Below are positions 38,346 through 50,343 of a stretch of 64,000 nt of DNA, in pieces (position 1 is the first letter of the stretch; the number at the start of each line of letters is the position of its first letter). This DNA comes from Callorhinchus milii (Eukaryota). Below the pieces are notes generated by a model. It saw only the letters and a program-made list of their open reading frames with translations, was not told the origin of the DNA and made no database searches. The position numbers and the translations under genes were made by a program. The DNA is taken from contig NW_024704748.1 in assembly GCF_018977255.1 (NCBI RefSeq), positions 17,856,001 through 17,920,000 on the forward strand, read 5' to 3'.

Positions 38346-39453
38346 ATTGCTTTACAATTTAACTTAAAATAAACCCATTATATTTAACCCAGCATTGCTT
38401 CATCAACAAGAAGCAGAGCTCTGCATTTGTCCATGAATGACATTATTAGGTTTCATTACTATCTGGTGTCCAATGTTAGTATTTACTGACATGTTTACTT
38501 GTGTACTCCACCCAGAAACTCACTGACCCTGGATTCCAACAGCAGCCCACATCTCTCCTTTTCTGTCATAGTGTTCAAACTCTTTGTTTTAACAAGAGTC
38601 AAAAGTAGTCACACCAAATCAAAACAAAGTTTCCTACGAATCAAAGCCAAGTCCTCTTGAGGCGAGTCTAACCAGTATTTTGCAAGTCTCAATATAACTA
38701 GATAAGCTCCTCACACCCTCCCTCACCACACACACGCACACATGTCCGCTCTTACACCCCCAGAACCACACTCATCCCCCCACCACCCCCCGACCACCTG
38801 CAAACTCTCCCCTCCTTAAAAGATCATCATTCCCTGGTCAGGCAGGGTAGTTTCTGAGACAGTCTGTAATCCTCTCTCATATTTATTATAGTCTTTGTGC
38901 TATTTTGTTTTCTTCTCTGTGGTATCCAAAAATCCTAATAATTTATGGGATGTGCATTGTGGGTTGTGGTTTTGTGCAGGTTTTTTGGATCTTTAACTGT
39001 TCCCTTCTTAATTAAAAAATGTCATGTTTTCCCTTGTCTATGTCATGTCAGTGGATAGTTGTTTCTTCCACTCTTGCCAGCCACCCCCCCACCCTCTCCC
39101 CCCACCATAAATCTTTAAAATAATCGCTTAGGTTTGGTAATATCCACCTGATTGACTAGAACAGCAAATGGGATCGCAGTTACACTTTTAATCTGAAAAA
39201 TAGTACGGTATCTTGAATAAAGCAACCTTCCCCTCAATATTGCACTGGATGACAGCTGAGACAACCGGGCTTATTAACATATATAAGCCATTTGCATTTT
39301 TGACCCTTCAATTAGTTTTAAACTTGGCCCTTTCTCTTTGTAAGAATTAGGGGAAGATCTTTGCATGGGTAACTGGTGTTGAACTCTCTGAAATCAAAGG
39401 TTTAAGCTTTGAAAAGAGATGATTTGAAAGAGTATGATTTTTATATTTTGCAG

Positions 39454-39552
39454 AATGGCTTCACTCCTTTGTATATGGCAGCACAGGAGAACCATCTTGA
39501 AGTTGTAAAGTTCCTGCTGGACAATGGTGCAAGTCAAAGTATTGCAACTGAG
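39454..39552 (+). CDS. ANK3: ANK3 exon 5: [33 protein letters not shown]
   Basis: ttgcag|AAT...GAG|gtaatt; 99 nt. Confidence 0.97.
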
Positions 39553-40571
39553 GTAATTCAGTTTATTATTCTTTCTGTCTATAGTGAAAACATGGTTCTT
39601 TTACTGATATTATTTAGGTGTGATTTAAAAGCACACAGACAGTAGCTGGAATATATTTTTGCAATTTCTAAGCATTATTGAAGAGTTATGTGTTCTGAGA
39701 TCTGGTTGAGTTAGACATTGTAATGTGGTCAGAAGGAAGATAATTTATTCTGTACTATTTAGAATGGAGAACAAAACTATTAAGTCGCTGAAACTTAAAA
39801 ATTAATAACCAAGAAAATGTTTTGCAAATTCTTCCACAATTGTGTCATTTTAATGTTCTGCCAAGTCTGTTAAAGTGCTGCCTTTGCTGTCTCTTCTAAT
39901 GAAGCTGGGTGTTTGGCTCCTAAGCTCTTGATGTTGTTACCTTGGTGTCTTATCATAAGACATTCACTATCGCACATTCCTCAACTATAATGCTGAGCAT
40001 TAATAAAGTTGCTAAAATAAAGATGTTCCTGCTTTGTTAACTGTAGTATTTTGGGACCAGTAAAGCTGCAATCTTTTGAATTTCAAAAAAAAGTAATTGG
40101 AAATGTTGTTAACTTTATCTTTTTAAGCAGTATTATACAAGTTGTGTAAGTGGAAAGATGCACTAGCTAAATTCTACCAGACTCACCAAATCTATCATAT
40201 CACATAGCAAGTGATTGGTTACAAAGGTAATGTGTCGCTATTGTCTCTCATTTCACCAAACAGATTGTATGCAAAATTGAGACTTGCTAACAACTCGCGT
40301 AGATCAGAAATATTGCTATAAATATGCCAGTGTAAGGATGGGTTTAACTGCTTTCATGTTCATCACCCTCCAACATAATAGTTATCAAATCTATTTTATA
40401 GAAGACTCAGATAATTTCATGTTCTTCATAAATGACACAACTCATGTAGTTAAAACTGCGCAGTGTATCTTTCAGAGAAAGCAGTAAAATGTTTGGGTTT
40501 GACTAGGACATTCCGCATTGGTAATGGCAAAACTCAGAAACATCAAAGTAAAACAGTACTGCTTCTGGAGT

Positions 40572-40841
40572 CACTGATTTCTCATCCACTTCTCCCTGAA
40601 TCTGACGTCTTGTCCAGTCCTCTACTACATTGCTGCGAGTCTCAAATCTCTTACTCCACTACTCCCTGGGATTCTGATGTCTAGTCCATTCCTCCCTGAT
40701 GTCTAGTCCAATCCTCTTTGATGAATACCCCACTGCTCCCAAGTTTCAGATCTCTACTCCACTTCTTTCTGAGTGTTTGATGTTTGATGTCTAGTCCACT
40801 CATCCCTGAATCTCTGATGTCCAGTTCACTGTTCTCAGACT
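40572..40841. repeat. Degenerate minisatellite, unit ~CTGATGTCTAGTCCACTCCTCCCTGAAT (20-30 bp)
   Basis: TGATGTCTAGTCCA occurs exactly three times, plus several diverged copies. Confidence 0.75.
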
Positions 40842-41099
40842 CTTAGATTGCTGATATCGTGATATATTTTTTCTTTCAGTCTCGAAAATTGCTCCCTTCT
40901 ACGGACAGCTCAGCTTTAGAGCTTCAGGCTCAGCTCCCTTTATTGTCTACGTAGCAGCTATGAAGCCCTTTGATTGCGATACCCTCACCATGCCTTTATT
41001 AAACCATGGTGCCTTAGTTACAATAACAATAATTGTTACATTTGTACTCATGATCACAATGATCAAAATGATTTTCCAGCCAAGATCTTCTTTAACTAC

Positions 41100-41479
41100 A
41101 ACAACAACAACAACAACAAGATTCCATTTATTGAGCGCCTTTCATGTCGGGAGGACGTCCCAAGGCGCTGTACAGTTGGGTCAGGACCCGAGCAGGGGGG
41201 AAATGGTCAGGGTGAGGGGAGGGAAGGGAGGGAGCGAGGAGGGGGTAGAGAGTCGAGAGGGGAGCTGAAGGCACGGTCAAAGAGAAAGGTCTTGAGACCG
41301 GCCTTGAAGGAGGAAAGGGAGGAGGCAAGGCGAAGGCACTGGGGGATGGAGTTCCAGAGCCTAGGGGCTGAGAGGCTGAAGGCCCGGCCACCGATAGTAG
41401 GGCGGTTGGGGCGGGGGATGTGGAGCAGACCGGAGCCAGAGGAACGGAGGGTACGGGCGGGTAGGTAGTGGTAGGTAGG
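41100..41479 (-). mobile_element. L2 LINE 3' end, subfamily B, young
   Basis: (CAA)n tail. The minus strand encodes PARTLRSSGSGLLHIPRPNRPTIGGRAFSLSAPRLWNSIP. TAACTAC at 41093-41099 and 41480-41486 is the TSD. Confidence 0.93.
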
Positions 41480-42189
41480 TAACTACCTCAGACCAGATTA
41501 ATTCTATGATCAACTTGAGTACAGTGAAGTCTTTTGCACATTGTTTTAAAGTAAGACTGACTGACTTGGATCTGAAGTGGACTTTAAAGCATATTTACAC
41601 AACAATTTTCTTTGAAGTCTTTCCTCCACATTTCACAGACATTTTGTGCAATGTATTCCACTTATATGAGGAAATAATATTTCCTAGTTCAGACTTACTT
41701 GGGTACACAATTCGGAGGCATGCATACCATTTTTACTGAGTGCAAAATGCAATTCATTTTTTTAAAAAAATACTGTTTCCCAGTTAAAAATAAATTAAGA
41801 ATCGTAATCAGGTTATTTCAGTGTCTGCCCTTCAGTGGACTAGTTAGTATATAAAAAGATATTAAAGCTACACAACCATATTATTTACCTGAATTCTAAA
41901 ACACATGTAAAAACAACTGGTAGTCTGTTTAATAGGGGCATTGCGCTCTGTTTAAAAATGTACACTTAAGCTGAACAAAATATTCACATGACCTCTTGTG
42001 TTTGACACACCAGCTGCCTGAAGTGAAGGAGCTGTTCTGTTCCTTTGTATCAATTGCTTTAAGTAAAGAAATGAAAATAATAATAGTCGTGTTTTAATGA
42101 TCATCATAATACTATTGACTTGCAGCACGATTCAAGCCAGAGAGTTTGTATCAACAGTATTGGTAATTGCGCACCTTTCTTTTATAAAG

Positions 42190-42375
42190 GATGGATTCAC
42201 ACCACTAGCTGTAGCCCTGCAGCAAGGCCACGATCAAGTGGTATCACTGTTGCTGGAAAATGATACAAAAGGAAAAGTTAGGCTCCCAGCGTTACACATT
42301 GCGGCCCGCAAAGATGACACCAAAGCTGCAGCGTTGCTTCTGCAGAATGATCATAATGCAGATGTGGAGTCAAAG
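42190..42375 (+). CDS. ANK3: ANK3 exon 6: [62 protein letters not shown]
   Basis: tataaag|GAT...AAG|gtaggt; 186 nt. Confidence 0.97.
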
Positions 42376-42869
42376 GTAGGTCTTGCTCCCTTGTCATGCA
42401 GCTTGCCGTAGTCATGTTTACATGGCCTTCTCCACTGGTGAATGAAGAGTGTATCAGGAAGAAACACACCAAAGAAACTCAGTCAATCCCTGTAGGTTTT
42501 GTATCTGATTCCAATCACTGAAATAACAAAGTGAATCTCCTCAAATTGCAGGAAAGTGTGTTTTGCTTATGATTACTTTTGTAATGAGTAATTCCTTAAA
42601 ACTTTTTTCATCTGCCATGAGGATGTTTCAGATAATGTATCGTAAACTGTGTTTGCAAGGAATCTTTCCTATTTAGTACGTTCTAGTCCCGAGGCCTGAA
42701 TTCTCTTCTCTTCTCTTTCTTTCTGGTTTATTTGTCCTCTCTCAGCCCATTTTGCTTACATCACTGCCTTCTGTCATTCGCCAACATAGAGCTTGTGCGT
42801 CCATGTCACCTGTTGGTGAACTAACCGTTCATTTTTTTCTTCTCTTCGCTGCCCAATGTGCTATCGTAG

Positions 42870-42893
42870 ATGATGGTGAATAGAACAACAGAG
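42870..42893 (+). CDS. ANK3: ANK3 24-nt microexon MMVNRTTE (probably alternative)
   Basis: Branch point ACTAAC (42820-42825), long polypyrimidine tract, cgtag|ATGATGGTGAATAGAACAACAGAG|gtatat. The peptide equals the ankyrin-B insert at the same position as I recall it ([20 protein letters not shown]). Confidence 0.92.
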
Positions 42894-45309
42894 GTATATA
42901 TACCACATCACTCTTCCATAATCTGTGTGCTGCTGCTTCATCTCTCTCTTTTTCTGGCTTTGCTTTCCTTCTAAAAATTAACGGCTTTATATAAACTAGC
43001 ATGTCCGAGTATAGACAGTAGTTTGAGCAGCAGGGCTTTCTGCAGTTGGACCTGGGAGCTTTAGTCACAGAATATTGACCACTTTAGGTTTAGCTTTTAT
43101 TTTAGTGTCAACAAAAATGCTGCCTCAAAATATTCTGGAATGTGTTTTGATTAGAACATGTGTTTCACTGTGTACGCAAGAAGTGAGTGGAGACTGTATC
43201 CAGTTACAGTGTCTGATGTAACACACATGCTGAGAACTGCAGACAGCCCTGACACAGTATGCATTCAGGATTGACTCCTCAGGCTGCTGCATGACACTTA
43301 CCCTGCAAGTGTCAGCAAAAAGAGGCTTTAAAGCCTTGTGAAAACACACTTTTGAAAACATGGTTTCTTTACAGTAAGCATGGCTATGAGACTTGCTGAC
43401 TATTTGCAAATGCATCAAGTTCCTTCAGGACTCATGGTGTGAGCCCTGGATTATTAGTTGCATGTTCTAGCACTAACCTAGTACTGTACATGAACTACCT
43501 GCCAAGTGTAACTTCGCCTAGTATAACCTTATCCAGTGAATACTGCAGCTTTGTGAAATAAACTAGTGTTGAAAAATGTGTTTTACACTAAAAATAGAGA
43601 ATCTCCGCGACCAAGAAGGTTAATTTAATGTATCTGAACACTTGTCAGTTCAGCGTCAATGTAAACTTCTACTGCACCACACACTTGGGTTCTTCACACG
43701 TATTTTCCCCTCTCACTTAAAGGGTGTGTGTGATCCTCTATTTCAGGCTTGCAAGCAGGAAATCACACTTGCAAATATCTGAACATATTGATATCACTGC
43801 TGAGTGTTGTCATCGCGGTGCCTCATAAAAGGAGCTGAACATGTCAGATGCTGGCTGCACATTGTGCTCATCGCCATGCCAGATGACAACCACTTTAAAT
43901 GGAACAGCCTGAGCCTCTCTTGGCAACTTGTCACATTGTGCCAGCAGCTCACACCCTTCGGGGATGACATATGCCCTTTAAGCATACTTGCACACAAGGT
44001 CAAGTGATGCATTTTCGCATGTACTGTAGTTTGAGTTAAACTCAAAGATCCACTGTATGACTCACATCCCCCTTCCCCTGCACGTTATACAATTCATACT
44101 CGTGTAAAATTGCACTGTTTTATGAATCAGTATCTATATTTACCAATTTTAGAAAAGCCTTAAAACAGTGACTTGTGTTACAGGTTTAACGGTAATCACT
44201 CAAGTTGCCTGTATCTGGTAACTGAACATTGTATCTTGCTTCAAATATTACTAGTTGCACTGCAAGCTGCTGACTCTTCATGTGTCCATATTGGAGTGAG
44301 AGTATAAAACCACATGGGCCCAAGATTTCTTTTCAAATTTGACCTATGTGAAGCTCAGTGACAAATGTTTACATCTATAGAACTCCTGGAGTTATGAACT
44401 TTGTCCCATGGAGTTGGTTTGTGTCACAGTGGTGGGGTTTCCTTGTCAAAATAAGATATATATCAATTCACTGAGGAGTGTTTATTTGTCCAAAAGGTTA
44501 GCTAACCTCATAACGTTCATATAGCTGTGGTTTTGCTTGGAAATTTTCACAAAGCAAAAATATGCAAAGAGGTACTATCAAACCACTGTACAAAAGATCA
44601 TCAAAAGCATCAATCACATCTGTTAAGTGCAGCCTTAAAGAGATTCCCCTTCATAGATTAATAGTAAAAGTCTACAACTCGGTTGTCAAGAGTGATCTTT
44701 GGTGAGCGATGTATAAAGTAAAGGGAATACTAAACTGTGGTCGAAGTTAAGATGTTACTGCCCAGCTCTAGCCCAGGTAATGTAACCATTGCTCTACTTC
44801 AATGTTAGTTGCCCACTGATAAACCTTGGTTTGAATTGGTTCACCTCCAGCCTCAACTCGCACTCTGGGATCCCCAAGCCTTGGCTCTTGCCGACCTTCA
44901 TCTATACACCCCGGAATTCAGCAAGCAGGGTGCATCTGTCTAGGGAGAGTGTGAGCATTTCCATTCCAAATACAGGGAAGGAAGGGATCCTTGTGCAGGT
45001 GGCATACACTTTGAACTCTGTCTGGTTTGGATATTCTTCAGCACGGTGATCGGTTTCCACATGTCGGCACCCAGTTGAGCAAAGATAAAAGGGTACCTGA
45101 TTATGACACTGTAGGCCTAAATTAACGGTGTTTCATGTTGTGTTCAATATATCATGGATAACAATCACAGAGCTACTGAATACTGTTTGTTGTTTATAAA
45201 AGGATGAAGTTCACACAGATATGGAGTGATGAGTTTAGAAAGAATAATCAATACATCTCAACAGATGTAGCTTTGGATCCGAGGCATCATTGTCATGCTA
45301 TGAATATTT

Positions 45310-45418
45310 TGCCTACAAGAGGCACAGTCACTACACTTCACAGTAAAAAAAACGTGAAGCACTTTGAGGCATTTTGATGACATGATAAGTGCTATATCAA
45401 ATGCAAGAATTTTTTTTT
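45310..45418 (+). mobile_element. SINE 3' tail fragment
   Basis: 'ttgcctacaa...cacagtcactacacttcacagtaa...gtgaagcactttgag...gacatgataagtgctatatcaaatgcaag'. Confidence 0.7.
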
Positions 45419-45708
45419 ATTTGGCTACTGATCTCTAATCTAAGCAATAGAAAAATGTAATGGATGTAAAGCTAATTTAAAACTAAGCTGAACTTGAAAT
45501 TGGAAGTGGAGTGTTGTGGCTGTAGATGTAGTGCTGCAGAATAGCATTTCTGTTGCATTACTTCATTAAGTGGATTGAGCTAAATGTAAAGGTTTGATTA
45601 ACCAGCAAGAGACGAAAATGATTTGATCTGAAAGCTTTAAATTGAACTGTTGGTGGTAAGCACAATAGACACAGCAGTATAATGAATCTCAAAATCTTTT
45701 TCTTTCAG

Positions 45709-45807
45709 AGTGGCTTTACTCCGCTTCATATAGCTGCCCATTACGGGAATATAAACGTAGCAACTTTGTTGTTGAATCGAGGTGCTGCTGTAGATTTCAC
45801 AGCCAGG
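45709..45807 (+). CDS. ANK3: ANK3 exon 7: [33 protein letters not shown]
   Basis: tttcag|AGT...AGG|gtaaga; 99 nt. Confidence 0.97.
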
Positions 45808-48440
45808 GTAAGATTCCAGTCTTCCCACGTAACGAGCTCTCTCTTGTATACTCTGCACCGTGGGCAATTTTTCTTGCTTCTGTATTTTTGCTTTTTTACA
45901 TGTACGATTGAAAATGGAAATAACGGGATTGTTCTCTTCTGATAAATAGCTCAAAAACATGAGTTACATGTGGTTGAGACTGACATTCTTCACCGCTCCG
46001 ATTATATTGAATGAAATGACTGGGTTTGGTGAAGGCTGCCTAGCCTATTCCCAGGGAGGAGGCACAGGATTTCTTTCTTCCATTCCGACACCCTGGAATC
46101 TCCCAGTATTAATATTGTGCCCTGTGAGTGTGAAAATGGGGGTTGCCTGTGCACACGCAGAATCATTGAAAACCAGAACCTTGAGAGGAAGAGAATAGAA
46201 GGAATAGGCAGAACACCTTCAAGCTAAACTGCTCCCCCATTTATACTGTGTATCTAAATAACTATGCAGGCAGTGGATGGTACTACAAGAAATGTGAGGT
46301 ATCTTTCTTGTGCTTTCCACAGACATGTGGAGGGAGGCGAGACTGGGGTGTTGAATTGTTTCCATAACTATTTCAGAGTCAAATCAAAACTTTTAAATCC
46401 TGATGATGAATGAAAGTGCATGAAATTTAAAGTGAACCTGCGTAAAAGTAGAGTGGTAAAACAGATTGGACCAGATGTTGTGACAGAGTAGGTTATTTAT
46501 CAATGGGGGAAGAGAAAATATTTGATTTCTCTGTACCACAACAACAAAATTACCACAGTCACAACTGAGATGCTATAGCAGAGGTCCGAATTTGATCATC
46601 CTGCATGAATGACATACGATCTGGTGCTGGGTTCAGAGTGGCACGGTAGAGAGGGGGAAACCTGAGAATCAGACTCATTCCACAATATTGGCACACATCC
46701 TTGTGCCTGGGTTAGATTGACATGACTGAAAGCCAGTTGGCCACCCATTCTCTTGGCCTCAACACGTATGTAACTCACGAGATGAGGTGGATTATAGCAA
46801 TAAGTATACATACAGTCATCAATACAAACAGATTACACCTGGATGTCGATTTACTTGTATCTATGTAGCATTTCAGAGAATTTCTGACAATTTGTTGAAT
46901 TTAGTCTCAACTTGGGAAGCAGACTCTCTTGCTTGTAAGTTGTTTTAGATATTTTTTCTACATTCTATTCAATGCATCACAGTCAACTGCAGCAGCTCTG
47001 CTAATCAGCTTTACAGTTTTTTCTCTCAGTATCTTGTTCCCCGGCCCCACAATGACCCTCTACAGTTTCCATCACATTTTTTGCATGTTTTTACTAACTT
47101 TTAGGTCCACGATGCACAGCCTGTAAAATGTGTTTTGCAGATGTATATCTGCATTCCTGCTTCTAAACGTTATGCAACCAATTTAGGTGTATATTCAACC
47201 ACATTAACATAGGTATAAGGGATTTACATTGATAAGTCAATATTAGTTAGCACTTTGACCGATCTTTGGCCTCAGACTGTCGCATAGCCCAGGGTGAGCA
47301 ACCTGATATCCAAACCAACCCTTTTCAAAATATAAGTTCAATAGAGGACAAATACCCAGCTTAAGGATAATCAGCGATGGCATTCCTCTTGTTGCTAAGT
47401 TAGCAATTTTAACAATGCGTGCTTATAATAAGAACGTCAAATTGTAAGCTCACAACAGCAATACTTTTAGGGTCAAGAAGAATTTCACCCATAGATCTAT
47501 TTATACAAGTCGAAGGCAAGTTTGTATAATTAAAGTAAACATGTGGAACCTGTAAAGTAACACACTTTCTATGGGGCAAAGATGTTAAGAATGCATGAAT
47601 TGAATTGAATGAATCACAGATACTCTCAACTGGTTACTGACAATACATGTGAACAAACCTCATCTTTATAAATCTCAAATATTTGATCATGTGCATAGAG
47701 AACTTACCAATTAGTATGGGGAAGAGCATTGTGGACTTTGTTGGTACTGTACTTTGAGTGTTCAAAGAATAAAGTGAAATTCACATTAATGATCAGCAGA
47801 AGCTAGCATATTTCCAGAATTTATTTCACAATACAACTGGATCTGATCCAAATAAACAAACTACCTCTCCTCTTGTAAAAGCTGTGAGGTATTTTCATTA
47901 GTTTGAAAGGCGTGCCCCAGCTCATTGCTTAGGGATTTTCAAGTTGCATCTTTTTCGGTTATCACCCAACAAACATAATGCCCGAGCCTATTCTGACTGA
48001 AGGCCAAGATTTCAAATAAAGATGATCCACCAAAGGGTTCTAATTCAGTGTATTTTTGGGGTTGCAGGTTTTGTAATGTCCATGGACTTAAATAAATGAT
48101 TGTAAATAAATGATAGCCTTGTAATGCTAAATAATTATCTTGTATTTTAAAATGCATTTTGCTCTGGAAAATCATAGGAGCGTTTAAAAACAACAAAGAG
48201 GATATTGTTAACATTTAATTGATTTTGTTTTGTTTTTGTGTGGCTGGTTATGAAAAGTCGATCATTGACAAAAAAAAATTTGACTGTGAAATCTGCATTT
48301 TGCAGCTTTACAACATGCCTGTGAATTGTGATATGACAGTGACTTGTAAAATACGGACTTTGAAACTTTCATGTAAGACAGGAGATATTGCATTACTGCT
48401 ATTAAATGTGTCTTTCATGTTGATTCAATATTCTCTTCAG

Positions 48441-48539
48441 AATGATATTACCCCACTGCATGTGGCCTCAAAGAGAGGGAATGCCAACATGGTGAAGTTA
48501 TTGTTGGATCGAGGATCTCAGATTGAAGCCAAAACAAGG
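48441..48539 (+). CDS. ANK3: ANK3 exon 8: [33 protein letters not shown]
   Basis: cttcag|AAT...AGG|gtgagt; 99 nt. Confidence 0.97.
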
Positions 48540-49267
48540 GTGAGTTTGCAATTCCTACTGCAGATAGCACATCAAGTAATCAGCCGGTGTGGATAGGATC
48601 ATAGTGAGAGTGATCTGGAGATCTTCAGTAAGTAAATGGTTCCTTTTGGCTGATTTGTAAAGGGCACAAGGCAGTCATCAAAAGAAAACCCGCAACCAAT
48701 AACTGCAAGTGTGTTTTTAAATGTATACAAAGAGAGATATTTAAAGGACTTCCTAAAATGCAGTAATCACAGCCTGGCTGTGACAGAGTAGCAGATAACT
48801 GAAGTGCAACCTATTGTGAGAATCTATTGGATCACTGTTATACTTTTTTAAAAAATATATTTCTTGGATTTTCTTTATTGGAGCAATAAAGGCAGAAAAA
48901 ATTCACTTTACTTGTGATGGGCCATTGAAAGAATAAATTGAGCTTTGTTTCAGTACAAAGTACATTCAAACATCGATAACACCATGAAAATATTGTCCAA
49001 TGATACCAAAGTGAATTCTTAGACCAGGGACAAACTGATATTTAACGTTTTTTAAATGGCATCAGTCCATAGCAATGAATTGGGCTCACACATAGTTCGA
49101 CAATATCTGGTGGCAAGCCGTATAACACCGATATCAATGTATATTCTAGTATGGTGCATTACAATGTTAGCCAGAGAGTAGTGGTGGGCAGATCTCAACA
49201 AATAAAAACAACACTTTTCAGTTATAATCTCCTTAAACTTCTTAAGCATGTTAGTCTTAATACATTA

Positions 49268-49385
49268 TAATAATAATAATCCTTGCATTTGATATCGCGC
49301 CTTATCACATCGCCGAGACGCTCAAAGCGCTTCATAGAATATACTGTAAAGTGAATTGACTGCATTTTGTTTCGCGGGCGAAAAA
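49268..49385 (-). mobile_element. SINE/L2-related 3' tail fragment, CpG-rich (young)
   Basis: (TAA)n-tccttgcatttgatatcgcgccttatcacatcgccgagacgctcaaagcgcttca...gtaaagtgaattgactg. Confidence 0.8.
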
Positions 49386-49520
49386 TAATCCAAATTGTAG
49401 TTTGTTTAAATATGGGCTGCATCCAGTTGGAGCTCTTTTACAGCATTTTCTTACATCAGTGTAACATTGTTTAAACTGACGCGTTTTTAGTTGATTATTT
49501 TACCGTGTTTTCTTCTCCAG

Positions 49521-49619
49521 GATGGGTTGACACCTCTACACTGTGCAGGAAGGAGTGGCCATGAACAGGTTGTGGAAATGTTGCTGGATCGAGGAGCCCC
49601 AATTCTTTCAAAAACAAAA
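49521..49619 (+). CDS. ANK3: ANK3 exon 9: [33 protein letters not shown]
   Basis: ctccag|GAT...AAA|gtatgt; 99 nt; missed by the ORF track. Confidence 0.96.
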
Positions 49620-50145
49620 GTATGTCATTCTGAACAAACCAGCATCAAAGTCTTTGCTTGAAACCACATATCAAAACTGTTGGCACTTAAATAATTCACA
49701 AAAAAAGCAGCTCAAGTGCTGAACAGATGCTACTTGCTTCAAAAGTATTGTGGACTAGTGTATTCTAGAATTTGTTGGTGTTCCTTTCTCTTGTCTTTCG
49801 TTCTACTTTGTGCTGATATACGTCTCTGGTCTCTCCAAAGTGAGGGGAAAGGTTGTTATCGGTGGTGGCTGTTTACATAATGTACAATATAGTGTGCTAA
49901 AAATTTACACCAAGTCAAGGAAGCTTTTTAAAGAATCAACTGAAATTCATTCAGGCAATGTAACTTGTTAAACCTGTAAATGAACTACTATTTGGATTTT
50001 ATTAACCATCCTTGTGCTTTATGAACCAAGTTCTTCTGAATAATAATGTTTGATCATTGAAGCAGATGTATTTTAAGAGACCTGGTATAACTGGCGGTGG
50101 TGTACAAGACTCTTTACCTTTACCATTTGTTTTATCCTCTGTTAG

Positions 50146-50343
50146 AATGGGTTGTCTCCTCTGCACATGGCTACACAAGGCGATCACCTCAATTCGGTGA
50201 AGCTGCTCCTTCAGCATGATGTGCCTGTTGACGATGTGACAAACGACTATCTGACAGCATTGCATGTCGCTGCCCACTGTGGGCACTACAAGGTTGCCAA
50301 GGTCCTTTTGGAAAAGAAAGCCAACCCAAATGCCAAAGCGCTG
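50146..50343 (+). CDS. ANK3: ANK3 exon 10 (two repeats): [66 protein letters not shown]
   Basis: gttag|AAT...CTG|gtgggt; 198 nt. Confidence 0.97.

Noticed and set aside
40974-41468. 164-aa ORF with a similar 103-aa ORF at 21425-21736, suggesting a duplicated gene
   Set aside because: Both are antisense readings of the same L2 subfamily-B 3' end.
3388-41479. Antisense bias of young L2 copies (5 of 6)
   Set aside because: Sample too small, and intronic antisense bias of LINEs is already well known.
43794-44045. ORF containing WLHIV, a possible extra or mutually exclusive ANK exon
   Set aside because: No TPLH/G-x-x-x-V-LL pattern and no 99-nt AG/GT-bounded segment.
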